Part shown: piece after piece, positions 19,363 to 28,855 of the stretch
Layout of the letters: every line of letters starts with the position of its first letter
Numbering within the stretch: position 1 is the first letter of the stretch
Assembly: GCA_963697445.1 (NCBI GenBank)
Contig: CAVOOC010000035.1
Span: forward strand, 43,993-107,992
Source of the DNA: an uncultured Actinomycetes bacterium
GTDB lineage: Bacteria; Actinomycetota; Actinomycetes; Streptosporangiales; Streptosporangiaceae
DNA: 64,000 nucleotides
Direction of reading: 5' to 3'
The notes under the pieces: generated by a model
Told to the model about the DNA's origin: nothing
Database searches by the model: none
The model's input: the letters and a program-made list of their open reading frames with translations, nothing else
Translations under genes and position numbers: made by a program

Positions 19363-20982
19363 GTGGCGACGGCACGTTGCCGGGAATTCGTGATCGAGGA
19401 CGGCGACGAACCCGTGCCGCAGCGCATCGCGACGGCGCTGGAACCGCGTTTCACGATCGCCGGGCAGACCCGCCGCTCGGCCCGGCAGGTCTGGCTGGAC
19501 ACCTTCGACGGGCGGCTGCAGGCGGCCGGGCTGGTGCTGCGCCAGGTGACCGGGTCACGTTCCGTCGAGCTCGTGCTGTCCACCTCGGCAGGCGCGGAGG
19601 TGGCGTCCGCGCCGCTGCGCGCGCCCCGCTGGCCGCGCCGGCTCGACGTCGTCCCGGCGGGCCCGCTGCGGGACCGGCTGGACCCGGTCGTCGGGATCCG
19701 CGCCCTGCTGCCGCTCGCCCGCGCCGAGGGGACGCTGACCATGCTGCGGGTGCTCGACGGCGACCAGAAGACGGTCGCCCGCATCACCGTGGACGCCGCG
19801 TCACTTACCGGCCCGGTCAAGGGCGCGCTGCCGCCCCGCCTGGTGATCGTCCCCGTCCGCGGGTACCAGAGCGCGGCGGACCAGGCCGGGCGGCTGCTCA
19901 CCGCGGCCGGCCGGTTCACGCCTGCCGGGCGGCCTGTCATCCAGGCGGTGCTCGAGGCCGCCGGGCGATCCCCCGCGGACGCGGCCGGCCCCGGTGATGC
20001 CGTGCTGGCCCCCTCGATGCCCGCCCGCACGGCCCTCGCCGCGGTGCTGCTGCGGATGGCCGGCACGATAGCGGCCAACGTGAGCTTCGTCATCGCCGAC
20101 GTCAACACCGAGTTCCTGCACGACCTGCGGGTCGCCGTCCGCCGCACCAGGTCCGTGCTCAAGCTGGCGGGCGACGCGCTGCCGGGTGACCTGGCCGCGC
20201 GCTTCGCGCCCGAGTTCAAGTGGCTCGGCGACCTGACCACGCCGGTGCGCGATCTCGACGTCTACCTGACCGGTTTCGGCGCGATGGCGGCCGAGCTGAG
20301 CGCCGCCTCCCCCGGCGACCTCGAGCCGTTCCGCGCGCACCTGGCCGCCCGGCGGCTGATCGAGCGGCGCCGGCTGGTCCGCGGGCTGCGCTCGGCCCGG
20401 TTCGCCAGGCTCATGGCCGACTGGGGCACCGCCCTGGATGATGCGGCGGGCCAGCCCGCCGCGCGGGAGCCTGACATCGGCGGCCTGGCCGCGGACCGGG
20501 TCGCGCGGGCGTACCGGCGGGTGACGAAGCAAGGCGCGGCGATCACCGCCGCCAGCGCCGGCCCCGGGGGCGGGGCAGGCCCGCAGGCCGCCGACCTCCA
20601 CTCGCTGCGCAAGCGCTGCAAGGAGCTGCGGTACCTGCTGGAGTTCTTCAGCTCGCTGTATGACCCGGCCGCTTACGGCCGCGCGGTCCGGGATCTGCGC
20701 GGCCTGCAGGACACGCTCGGCGAGTTCCAGGACGCCGAGGTGCAGCGCGACGCGATCCGGGGGTTCGCCGCGCAGATGCTCGCCCGGCCCGGCGCCCCGG
20801 ACGCCGGGCCGCCCGCGGCCGGCGAGCTCGCCGCCACGCTGCTGGCCATGGGCGAGCTGACCGCGCGGCTGCACGAGCGGCAGCGCCGGGCCCGGGCGAA
20901 GGTGGCCGGCCGCTTCGCCGAGTTCGCTGCCGCCGGCAGCCTGCGCACGCTGGGCATCCGCGCCCGGGCGGCCAGGGCATGA
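19363..20982 (+). CDS. CYTH + CHAD domain protein
   Basis: The N-terminal part is like a triphosphate-tunnel (CYTH) region. The C-terminal CHAD helices carry the conserved basic motifs LHDLRVAVRRTRSVLKL and LHSLRKRCKELRYLLEFF. The start codon is GTG. Confidence 0.82.
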   Translation: MATARCREFVIEDGDEPVPQRIATALEPRFTIAGQTRRSARQVWLDTFDGRLQAAGLVLRQVTGSRSVELVLSTSAGAEVASAPLRAPRWPRRLDVVPAGPLRDRLDPVVGIRALLPLARAEGTLTMLRVLDGDQKTVARITVDAASLTGPVKGALPPRLVIVPVRGYQSAADQAGRLLTAAGRFTPAGRPVIQAVLEAAGRSPADAAGPGDAVLAPSMPARTALAAVLLRMAGTIAANVSFVIADVNTEFLHDLRVAVRRTRSVLKLAGDALPGDLAARFAPEFKWLGDLTTPVRDLDVYLTGFGAMAAELSAASPGDLEPFRAHLAARRLIERRRLVRGLRSARFARLMADWGTALDDAAGQPAAREPDIGGLAADRVARAYRRVTKQGAAITAASAGPGGGAGPQAADLHSLRKRCKELRYLLEFFSSLYDPAAYGRAVRDLRGLQDTLGEFQDAEVQRDAIRGFAAQMLARPGAPDAGPPAAGELAATLLAMGELTARLHERQRRARAKVAGRFAEFAAAGSLRTLGIRARAARA

Positions 20983-21737
20983 GGGTCTTCGCCACGTACA
21001 ACATCAAGGGCGGCGTGGGAAAGACGTCGGCCGCCGTCAACCTCGCCTACCTCGGCGGCGCCGACGGATACCGGACGCTGCTGTGGGATCTCGATCCGCA
21101 GGCCGCGGCGTCCTACGTGTTCCGGGTCCGGCCGCGGGTGAAGGGCGGCGCGAAGGCGCTCATCCGCGGCGCCAGGCCGCTCGACGACGCGATCAAGGGC
21201 ACCGACTTCGACCATCTCGACCTGCTGCCCGCCGACTTCACCTACCGGAACATGGACCTGGCGCTGCACCAGGCCAAGCGGCCCACCGAGCAGCTGTCCC
21301 GGCTGCTCGGCCCGCTGGCGGCCGAGTACGACGTCGTCTTCCTCGACTGCCCGCCGAGCATCTCGCTGGTCTCGGAGAACATCCTGCACGCCGTGCACAC
21401 GCTGCTCGTGCCGCTGATCCCGACCACGCTGTCCGAGCGCACCTTCGACCAGCTCACCTCCTTCATCGGCAGCCTGAACGGCCACCGGCCCCAGGTGCTC
21501 GCGTTCTTCTCCATGGTGGACCGCCGCAAGCGGCTGCACCGCGAGATTGTGGACCGGCTGCCCGCCGGGCGCGCTGACATCGCCGCGGCCATGATCCCGG
21601 CGATGACCGTGGTCGAGCAGATGGCGGTCCGCCGCGCCCCCGTGCCGGCTTTCGCGCCGCGCAGCGCGGCGGCGGCGCACTACCGGCAACTGTGGGACGA
21701 GCTGCGCGGCCGGGCGGGCCTGACCGGGCCCGGCTGA
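20979..21737 (+). CDS. ParA/MinD-family P-loop ATPase (orphan ParA-like)
   Basis: The deviant Walker A YNIKGGVGKTSAAVNLA and Walker B VVFLDCPPS are present. The ATG overlaps the upstream stop (ATGA). Confidence 0.9.
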   Translation: MRVFATYNIKGGVGKTSAAVNLAYLGGADGYRTLLWDLDPQAAASYVFRVRPRVKGGAKALIRGARPLDDAIKGTDFDHLDLLPADFTYRNMDLALHQAKRPTEQLSRLLGPLAAEYDVVFLDCPPSISLVSENILHAVHTLLVPLIPTTLSERTFDQLTSFIGSLNGHRPQVLAFFSMVDRRKRLHREIVDRLPAGRADIAAAMIPAMTVVEQMAVRRAPVPAFAPRSAAAAHYRQLWDELRGRAGLTGPG

Positions 21738-21738
21738 C

Positions 21739-23643
21739 GTGACGGACCTCCAAGAACTGCGGGATCGCCTGGTGTCCGGCCTGCGCGCCAGGGACGCGCT
21801 GCACGACGACCTGGTCGCGGCCGCGCTCGCCGCGGTGCCGCGCCACGCGTTCCTGCCGGGGATCGAGCCCGGCCAGGCATACGCCGACGACGCGGTGGTC
21901 ACCAAGCTGGACGCCAGCAGCAGGCCGGTCAGCTCGTCCTCGCAGCCGGCGATCATGGCGATCATGCTCGAGCAGCTCGGCGTGCAGCCGGGCCACCGGG
22001 TGCTCGAGATCGGCGCGGGCACCGGCTACAACGCGGCGCTGCTCGCCTGCCTGGCCGGCGAATCGGGCGGCGTCACGACCGTGGACCTGGACGCCGACAC
22101 CGCCGCGGCCGCCCGCGAGCACCTGGACAGCTGCGGATTCGCCCGGGTCCGCGTCGTGCACGCCGACGGCGGCCTCGGCTGGCCGCCGGGCGCGCCGTAC
22201 GACCGGATCATCACGACCGCCGGCGCCTGGGACATCTGCCCGGCCTGGATCGCCCAGCTCGCTCCCGGCGGGCGGCTGGTGCTGCCGCTGGCGCTGCGGG
22301 CCGGGATGCAGTACTCGATCGCGTTCGAGCGCGCCGGGGATCACCTGGACAGCGTGTCGGTGCACCCGTGCGGGTTCATGCGGCTGCGCGGCGCGTTCGC
22401 CGGCCCGGAGACCGTGGTCCCGCTCGGCGACCGCACCGGCGTGCTGGCCGAGGTGGGCCCGCGGCCGGCGGGCGCGGAGGAACTGCAGGCCCTGCTCGCC
22501 CGGCCCGGCCAGACCGCCGGGAGCGGGATACGGGTCACGATGGCGGACCTGTACGAGGGGCTCGGCCTGTGGCTGGCCATGCAGGAACCGGGGATCGGGC
22601 GACTGTCCGCGTTCGGCGCGGCGACATCCTCCGGTCCCGCCGCGTTCCCCGTCATCGTGCCCGGCAGGCCGGGCACCGGCATGCTGACCAGCGCGCACGG
22701 CTGCGCGGTCCTGGTCCCGGTCGGCGACCGCGGCGGCTATCACCGCGCTGGCCTGAGCGCTCCGTTCGAGGTCGGCGCCTGCCCGTTCGGGAAAGAAGGA
22801 ACCGAGCTCGCCAGCCGCCTCGTCCGGCACGTCCGCGACTGGGCCGCCGCCGGCCGGCCCTCGGTCGCCGACCTGCGGGTCAGCGCCTACCCGGAGGGGA
22901 CGGCGCTGCCGGATACGGCGCAGGCGACCGTCATCGGCAAGCCGCACACGCGGCTGGTGCTCAGCTGGGGCGCCGGCGCTCCCGGGCCCGGCTTACGCTC
23001 ACTGGCCGCCGGCCAGCCGGGCGGCCCTGGCGTGCAGGTAGCGCTGCTGCGGCAGGCTGGCCGTCCGCCCGGCCGCGGCGAGGTACGCCTCGCGCGCCGC
23101 CGGGCGGTCGCCGGCCATCTCCAGCAGGTGCGCGCGGACCGCGTGCAGCCGGTGATCCCCGGCGATCCGGCCGTCGGCCTCGAGCTTTCCCAGCAGGGCA
23201 AGCCCTGCTTCGGCGCCGCGCGCCATGGCCACCGCGACGGCGTGGTTGAGCGCCACCATGGGATTGTCGGACAGCTGCAGCAGCAGCTCGTACAGCGCCA
23301 CGATCTGCGGCCAGTCGGTCGCGGCGGCGCTGGGCGCCTCGTCGTGGATCGCGGCGATCGCGGCCTGGAGCTGGTAAGGGCCCGTTGCCCCCTGCGGGAG
23401 CGCGGCGGTGATGAGCGCGACGCCCTCGGCGATGCAGGCGGCATTCCACCGGCCCCGGTCCTGTTCGGCCATGGGGATCAGCGCGCCGTCGGGCCCGGTG
23501 CGCGCGGGCAGGCGGGCGTCGGTGAGCAGCATCAGCGCCAGCAGTCCCGCCACCTCGCTGTCGCCAGGCAGCAGCTGGCGGACCAGGCGGGCCAGCCGGA
23601 TCGCCTCGGCCGTGAGCTCGCCGCGGTGCAGGCTGGGCCCTGA
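21739..23643 (+). CDS. protein-L-isoaspartate O-methyltransferase (PIMT)-like methyltransferase with C-terminal extension; 3' end unreliable
   Basis: The PIMT/SAM motif VLEIGAGTGYNAALLA...DRIITTAGAW is present. The conserved-looking sequence ends about ...KPHTRLVLSW (near 22965). No in-frame stop occurs until 23643, which is 645 nt antisense into the sigma-factor gene. The GTG start lies 1 nt after the parA-like stop. Confidence 0.6.
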   Translation: MTDLQELRDRLVSGLRARDALHDDLVAAALAAVPRHAFLPGIEPGQAYADDAVVTKLDASSRPVSSSSQPAIMAIMLEQLGVQPGHRVLEIGAGTGYNAALLACLAGESGGVTTVDLDADTAAAAREHLDSCGFARVRVVHADGGLGWPPGAPYDRIITTAGAWDICPAWIAQLAPGGRLVLPLALRAGMQYSIAFERAGDHLDSVSVHPCGFMRLRGAFAGPETVVPLGDRTGVLAEVGPRPAGAEELQALLARPGQTAGSGIRVTMADLYEGLGLWLAMQEPGIGRLSAFGAATSSGPAAFPVIVPGRPGTGMLTSAHGCAVLVPVGDRGGYHRAGLSAPFEVGACPFGKEGTELASRLVRHVRDWAAAGRPSVADLRVSAYPEGTALPDTAQATVIGKPHTRLVLSWGAGAPGPGLRSLAAGQPGGPGVQVALLRQAGRPPGRGEVRLARRRAVAGHLQQVRADRVQPVIPGDPAVGLELSQQGKPCFGAARHGHRDGVVERHHGIVGQLQQQLVQRHDLRPVGRGGAGRLVVDRGDRGLELVRARCPLRERGGDERDALGDAGGIPPAPVLFGHGDQRAVGPGARGQAGVGEQHQRQQSRHLAVARQQLADQAGQPDRLGRELAAVQAGP

Positions 23644-24258
23644 GGTGCTGGCGTAGCCCTCGTTGAAGATCAGGTAGATCACGTGCAGCACCGTTTCGAG
23701 CCGCTGCATGCGTTCCGGACCCGGCGGCAGTGCGAACGGGATGCCGCTGTCCTTGATGGCTTGCTTGGCGCGGGTGATGCGCCGGGTCATGGTCGCCTCC
23801 GGCACGAGGAACGCGCGGGCGATCTCCGCCGTGCTCAGGCCGCCGACCGCCCGCAGCGTGAGCGCGATCTGCGAGGCCGGCGACAGCGAGGGGTGGCAGC
23901 ACAGGAACAGCAGGATGAGCGTGTCGTCGGAGTCCGGCCGGGCGCCGTCGCCTGCAGCCTGGTCGGCGGCGGGCTCCAGCCAGCCTTCGGGCAGCGTCCA
24001 CCGGGCGACGGCGTCTTCGCGGCGGCGGCGGGCCTGCTCGCTGCGCAGCAGGTCGGTCAGCCGGCGCGAGGCAACCGTGATCAGCCAGCCGCGCGGATTG
24101 TCGGGGAGGCCGCCGGCCGGCCACTGCGTCGCGGCGGCGAGCAGCGCCTCCTGGGTCGCGTCCTCGGCGGTGTCGAAGTTGCCGTAGCGCCGGACCAGCG
24201 CGCCGAGAACCTGCGGCGCCAGCTCGCGCAGCAGGTCCTCGGCCCCGGCGTCGGGCAC
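22999..24258 (-). CDS. ECF-type RNA polymerase sigma factor with long C-terminal (TPR/SnoaL-like) extension, of the kind paired with YciI
   Basis: Region 2 reads TAEDATQEALLAAATQW...PRGWLITVASRRLTDLLR. Region 4 reads ALTLRAVGGLSTAEIARAFLVPEATMTRRITRAKQ. The GTG start at 24258 lies just after the YciI stop. Confidence 0.88.
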   Translation of the reverse strand: MPDAGAEDLLRELAPQVLGALVRRYGNFDTAEDATQEALLAAATQWPAGGLPDNPRGWLITVASRRLTDLLRSEQARRRREDAVARWTLPEGWLEPAADQAAGDGARPDSDDTLILLFLCCHPSLSPASQIALTLRAVGGLSTAEIARAFLVPEATMTRRITRAKQAIKDSGIPFALPPGPERMQRLETVLHVIYLIFNEGYASTSGPSLHRGELTAEAIRLARLVRQLLPGDSEVAGLLALMLLTDARLPARTGPDGALIPMAEQDRGRWNAACIAEGVALITAALPQGATGPYQLQAAIAAIHDEAPSAAATDWPQIVALYELLLQLSDNPMVALNHAVAVAMARGAEAGLALLGKLEADGRIAGDHRLHAVRAHLLEMAGDRPAAREAYLAAAGRTASLPQQRYLHARAARLAGGQ

Positions 24259-24266
24259 GGGCGCGG

Positions 24267-24689
24267 TCAGAGCTCCAGCTCGGCCTGGGACTCGGCCACC
24301 GGGCGCACGTCCGCGTAGGCCCTCGCGGCCACGGCGGCCGGGCCGGGGGCGCTGGCCAGACCGGCGGCGATCTCGGTCGCCCGGTCGAAGCTCTCGCACT
24401 CCACGACCCAGTAGCCGGCCAGGACCTCCTGCGTCTCGGCGTACGGCCCGTCGGTCACGACCGGAACCCCGCCGCGCAGCGGGCCCGCCACCCGCCTGGT
24501 GTGCACCGGAGCGGTCAGGCCCCGGGTTTCGACGAGCTCGCCCGACTCGGCCAGGTCCCGGTTGAACTTCTCCATGAACGCGCCCAGAGCCGCGAAGTCC
24601 TCCCCGGACCACGACGGCGCGCCGGCCTGCTTGCCGGCCATCCCGTCGTAGTCCTGCTGCGAGGCGTAGGTCAGGATCATGTACTTCAT
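24267..24689 (-). CDS. YciI-family protein
   Basis: MKYMILTY... and the length of 140 aa fit YCII-related domain proteins. It sits immediately upstream of the sigma gene. Confidence 0.85.
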   Translation of the reverse strand: MKYMILTYASQQDYDGMAGKQAGAPSWSGEDFAALGAFMEKFNRDLAESGELVETRGLTAPVHTRRVAGPLRGGVPVVTDGPYAETQEVLAGYWVVECESFDRATEIAAGLASAPGPAAVAARAYADVRPVAESQAELEL

Positions 24690-24790
24690 GACTGTCTCCT
24701 ATCGTCGGGCACCCCGCGGTGCCTGTCACCGGAGACGTCGAAGCCGGCGGCCCGCTCCGGACATCCGGTTCCCGGGGCGGTTCCGGGCGG

Positions 24791-25438
24791 TCAGCCCGCG
24801 GCGGCCGGCGGCAGGCCGCGGGCGAGCACGTCGAGCACGTCGTCGAGCACGTCCTCGGGGACGCGTCCGCCCGCGGTCCAGTCCGCCCACCGCATCCCGA
24901 TGAAGTTGCCGATACCGGCGTACATGTACGCGACGACCTCCGGGTCATACCGCGGGTCCACCTGGCCGGCCAGCTGGGCGTGCCGCACGCCGCGGGCGTA
25001 GCCGCGGGTCAGGCGCTCGTAGTACTCGTGGAACAGGCCGGGCGCGACGAACTCGGACTCGCGCACGATCCGGTCCATCCACGGGCGCCGCGACTGCATC
25101 TCGAAGAACGCGCGGAAGCACGCGCGCTCCATCTCGCGCTGCCCGTCCGCCTGCTCGATGGCCTTGCGCATGGCGGACCTGAGGTCGGCGTTGATGCCGC
25201 GGACCACCGCGGCGAAGATCTCGGCCTTCGACCGGAAATGCGCGTAGAAGCTGCCGGTCGCGATGCCTGCCCGGGCGCAGATCTCCGCCACGGTCGTCTG
25301 CCGGTAGCTCCGCTCGGCGAAGAGCTCCTCCGCGGCCGACAGCAGCCGCTCGGCGGGCGGGCGGCCCGGCTCCGCCCGGTCCGGGCGGCTGCCCGGTACC
25401 GGGGCGGATCCCGGCCGCCCGCTGGCCTCTGCTGTCAC
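24791..25438 (-). CDS. TetR/AcrR-family transcriptional regulator
   Basis: The N-terminal HTH reads LLSAAEELFAERSYRQTTVAEICARAGIATGSFYAHFRSK. The GTG start at 25438 is tentative. Confidence 0.9.
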   Translation of the reverse strand: MTAEASGRPGSAPVPGSRPDRAEPGRPPAERLLSAAEELFAERSYRQTTVAEICARAGIATGSFYAHFRSKAEIFAAVVRGINADLRSAMRKAIEQADGQREMERACFRAFFEMQSRRPWMDRIVRESEFVAPGLFHEYYERLTRGYARGVRHAQLAGQVDPRYDPEVVAYMYAGIGNFIGMRWADWTAGGRVPEDVLDDVLDVLARGLPPAAAG

Positions 25439-25503
25439 AACCGATTCCCTGGTTACGCTCGCCGCCGGGTTACCGGCGGGGCTATGTGATCGGCCTGCCA
25501 GGC

Positions 25504-26844
25504 CTACGGCATGCCGCTGGACGGGGCCTGCTGCTGGGTCCCGCTGTACTGGGTTACCGCGCCGGCGGCCGAGGTGTCGGTGGTCATGACCGGGCCCTGC
25601 GGCACGATGACCCCGTTCTTGATCACGCCGACGAGCGCGCCGGTCATGCCCGCGTGGCTGGACGCCCCGTAGGCGTAGGGCGCGAGCGCGGGCCCCTGCG
25701 GCAGACCGGCCTGGATGGCGCTGACCAGGGACGCCCTGGTCGGGTTGCGGCCCGCCTTGAGCATGGCCTGCACGAAGGTGTAGCCGACCGCCTCGCCGTA
25801 CAGCACGTTGCCGTCGAACGGCGCCTTCGCGTCGTAGGTGTCGTGGATCTTCTTGAACAGGCTGATCCAGCTGTTGGTCGTCTCGCCGAGCGTGGGCGTG
25901 TAGGCGTCGGTGATGATGCCCTGCGTCAGCGCGGTGCCGTTCACCTTGGCGCCGCCCTGCTTGGCGAACGCCTGCAGCAGCCCCGCGAGCGTGATCGGGT
26001 CGGAGCCCACGTTGCTGACCGCCAGCTGCGGGGAGTAGTTGAGCTTGAGGCTGTTCAGCCGGAGCAGCGCGGTGAAGGCCGGGACGGAGAACGAGACGAC
26101 GAGCTGCGCACCGGAGGCCTTCAGCGCGGACACCTGCGGGCCGATGTTGATGTTGGTCGGGACGTAGCTCTGCTTGCTGACCACCTGCGAGGCCGGGATC
26201 ACGGCGCTCAGGCCCTTGACCCCGTCCTGGCCGAACTCGTCGTTCTGGTAGAAGAAGCCGATCTTCGTGTGCGGGAAGTGCTGCTTGATGTACGTGCCGA
26301 GGATCTTGCCCTCGCGGACGTAGTCGAGCTGCCAGCCGAAGGTTTCCGGCTGGGTGGACGGCGTGTTCCAGCACACGCAGCCGGATGCCACGAACACGTC
26401 GGGTATCTTCTGGGCGTTCAGGAACTTCACCACGGCCAGGTGGGTGGGCGTGCCCAGCCCGTCGAAGATCGCGAACACGTTGTTCTGCAGCACCAGCTGG
26501 CGGACCACCGTCGACGTCTGGGACGGGTTGTAGGCGTCGTCGAGGTACTTGTAGACGATCTTGCGGCCGTACACCCCGCCGTGCGCGTTGACGTACTGGA
26601 AGTAGGCGTTCGACGCGGGGGCTATCTCGCTGTAGCCGGGCGCGGCCACGCCGGTGAGCGGCTGGTGGCTGCCGATCAGGATCTGGGTCTTGGTGATGCC
26701 GGGCGCGGACGCCGAGTTCGACGAGCCGCCGCCCGATCCGCCGCCGGAGCTGCCGCCGCTCGAGCCGCACGCGGCGGCCACCAGCGAGATGGCTGCAACG
26801 GCCGCGGTGACGCCTGCCAGGCGCAGCCGGGGTGATCTATTCAT
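25504..26844 (-). CDS. ABC transporter substrate-binding lipoprotein, branched-chain amino-acid (LivJ/LivK-like, type 1 PBP)
   Basis: The signal and lipobox read MNRSPRLRLAGVTAAVAAISLVAAAC. A Gly/Ser linker follows, then ...TGVAAPGYSEIAPASNAYFQYVNAHGGVYGRKI. Confidence 0.88.
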   Translation of the reverse strand: MNRSPRLRLAGVTAAVAAISLVAAACGSSGGSSGGGSGGGSSNSASAPGITKTQILIGSHQPLTGVAAPGYSEIAPASNAYFQYVNAHGGVYGRKIVYKYLDDAYNPSQTSTVVRQLVLQNNVFAIFDGLGTPTHLAVVKFLNAQKIPDVFVASGCVCWNTPSTQPETFGWQLDYVREGKILGTYIKQHFPHTKIGFFYQNDEFGQDGVKGLSAVIPASQVVSKQSYVPTNINIGPQVSALKASGAQLVVSFSVPAFTALLRLNSLKLNYSPQLAVSNVGSDPITLAGLLQAFAKQGGAKVNGTALTQGIITDAYTPTLGETTNSWISLFKKIHDTYDAKAPFDGNVLYGEAVGYTFVQAMLKAGRNPTRASLVSAIQAGLPQGPALAPYAYGASSHAGMTGALVGVIKNGVIVPQGPVMTTDTSAAGAVTQYSGTQQQAPSSGMP

Positions 26845-27956
26845 GGGGCACCTTCTTCCTGGTGTTCGGCGGACCTCTTCATCCGCCCGCTCATGTCCTC
26901 GGTATGCTGATGATCTTCGTGAGGATGAAAAGGCCCGCGGGCCGGCACGCGCCGGCGCAAGGCGTTGAGTGACCCGCTGGCGGCGGGAGTGGCGGGGTCG
27001 AGCAGGCGGCGCACGGCCCCCTGGATGCCGTTCGGGAAAACGAGCATGACGATGATCAGGACGACGCCGTACGCGGCCACCGGGATGTTGGCGGCCACGG
27101 AGCTGGACAGGCCGTGGCTGGTGGCCACGTCGGTGACGTAGGTGGGCACGAAGACGATCACGAGGCTCCCCCACACCGCCCCCGGCAGGCTGCCGAGGCC
27201 GCCGAGCACCGCGCCGGTCAGCAGCGCGATGGACAGGGTGACCGCGAACGATCCCGGCGAGACGAGCGTGGTGGTGACGCCGAGCAGTGCCCCGGCGAGG
27301 CAGGCGCAGGCGGCGCTCACCACGAACGCGAGGATCCGCAGCCAGGCCACGTTGAGGCCGGCCAGCGCGGCGGCGGCCTCGTCGTCGCGGACCGCCCGCC
27401 AGTTGCGGCCGACCCTGCTGCGGGCGAGGTTGGCCAGCAGCACCAGGGTGATCAGCGCGGCGGCGCAGGCGACCCAGGCCTGCCACCGGGTCAGGGGGAA
27501 GTTCGGCCCGAGGAAGGCGGGGGTGGTGATGTTGACGCCGAGCCCCTGGTCGCCGCCGAATGTCCCGGCGAACCGGGTGGCCAGCGAGGGCAGCGCGACG
27601 GCCAGCATGAGCGTGACCCCGGCCAGGTACGGGCCGCGCAGCCGGGCCGCGGCCACCCCCAGCACGAGGCCGGCCAGCGCCGCGATGGCCGCGCTCGCCG
27701 CGAGCACCGCCTCCAGCGGCCAGGACAGGTGCAGCAGGATCAGCGCCGCGGCGTAGGCGCCGATGGCCATGAAGGCGCCGTTCCCGATCGAGATTTGCCC
27801 GGACAGGCCGATGAGCACGGTCAGCCCGGCGATCGCGCACACGTACGTCGCGACCTCCGCCATCTGGAAGTCGCGGAAGCTGTTCAGGGTGACCGACAGG
27901 ACGCCGAGGACCACGGCGACCACGATCGCGGCGCCCAGGTGGCGGAGCATCGTCAT
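26841..27956 (-). CDS. livM: branched-chain amino-acid ABC transporter permease (LivM type)
   Basis: Polytopic protein. LIGLSGQISIGNGAFMAIGAYAAA is the LivM-type motif. Its stop overlaps the start of the binding-protein gene. Confidence 0.88.
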   Translation of the reverse strand: MTMLRHLGAAIVVAVVLGVLSVTLNSFRDFQMAEVATYVCAIAGLTVLIGLSGQISIGNGAFMAIGAYAAALILLHLSWPLEAVLAASAAIAALAGLVLGVAAARLRGPYLAGVTLMLAVALPSLATRFAGTFGGDQGLGVNITTPAFLGPNFPLTRWQAWVACAAALITLVLLANLARSRVGRNWRAVRDDEAAAALAGLNVAWLRILAFVVSAACACLAGALLGVTTTLVSPGSFAVTLSIALLTGAVLGGLGSLPGAVWGSLVIVFVPTYVTDVATSHGLSSSVAANIPVAAYGVVLIIVMLVFPNGIQGAVRRLLDPATPAASGSLNALRRRVPARGPFHPHEDHQHTEDMSGRMKRSAEHQEEGAP

Positions 27957-27960
27957 CGGA

Positions 27961-28836
27961 TCACACCTGCCTCGAGCTGGCGGCGCCGAACAGGCCGGAC
28001 GGGCGGAGCATGAGCACCAGGGCCAGCGCGGCGAGGCCGAACACCGGGACCAGGTCGGCGCCCAGGTAGCCGCCGGCGTAGTTGAGCACGACGCCGAGGA
28101 TCAGCCCGCCCGCGACCGCGCCGACCGGGCTGTCCAGGCCGCCGATCACCGCGGCGGTGAAGCCGAGCACGAAGATCGAGTCCATGCTGTTCGGGTACAG
28201 GAAGGTGGACGGCGACACCAGCACGCCGGCCAGCGCGCCGATCAGGCCCGCCAGCGCCCAGCCGAGGGTGAGCACGCGCCCGATCCTGATGCCGAGCAGC
28301 CGGGCCACCCCCGGGTTGAACGCCGTGGCCCGCAGCCGCAGCCCGGCCGACGTGTAGCGGAACATCACGGCGAGGGCCAGCGCGGCGGCCAGCACCGCGG
28401 CGGCCACGAACACGTCGTTCCGGGACACCCCCAGGGATGTCCCGCCCACCCGCAGCCCGCTGATCGAGAAGGCGGCGGGGAAGGACCGGAACTGCCCGCC
28501 GTAGATGATCCCGGCCAGCCCCTCGAGCAGGATCAGCAGGCCGATCGTCACGATCACCGCGTTCATAGGCGGCTTGTCCTGCGCGGGCCGGAGCACCCGC
28601 TCGCACACCGCCCCGAGCACGATGCCCGCGGCGAGCGCGACGACGAAGCCAGCCCAGTAGTTCCCGGTGTGATTGATGGTGATCAGCGCGATGTAGGTGG
28701 TGAACATCGCCATGCCGCCCTGCGCGTAGTTGAGGATCCTGGTGCCCCGCCAGATCAGCACCAGCGACAGCCCGATCGCCGCGTAGATCATGCCGAAGCT
28801 GATCCCGCCGAGGGTGAAGTCGAGGAATTCCTGCAT
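27961..28836 (-). CDS. livH: branched-chain amino-acid ABC transporter permease (LivH type)
   Basis: MQEFLDFTLGGISFGMIYAAIGLSLVLIWRGTRILNYAQGG is a typical LivH N-terminus. Confidence 0.9.
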   Translation of the reverse strand: MQEFLDFTLGGISFGMIYAAIGLSLVLIWRGTRILNYAQGGMAMFTTYIALITINHTGNYWAGFVVALAAGIVLGAVCERVLRPAQDKPPMNAVIVTIGLLILLEGLAGIIYGGQFRSFPAAFSISGLRVGGTSLGVSRNDVFVAAAVLAAALALAVMFRYTSAGLRLRATAFNPGVARLLGIRIGRVLTLGWALAGLIGALAGVLVSPSTFLYPNSMDSIFVLGFTAAVIGGLDSPVGAVAGGLILGVVLNYAGGYLGADLVPVFGLAALALVLMLRPSGLFGAASSRQV

Positions 28837-28855
28837 CTTCCTCCCGCCCTTCCGG

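Noticed and set aside
21739-24258. The PIMT-like methyltransferase suggested a lanthipeptide (FxLD/LanS-type) biosynthetic cluster.
   Set aside because: I could recognise no lanthipeptide dehydratase, cyclase or LanKC-type synthetase, no precursor-peptide ORF and no exporter or protease in the neighbourhood. The neighbours are CHAD, ParA-like and sigma/YciI genes.
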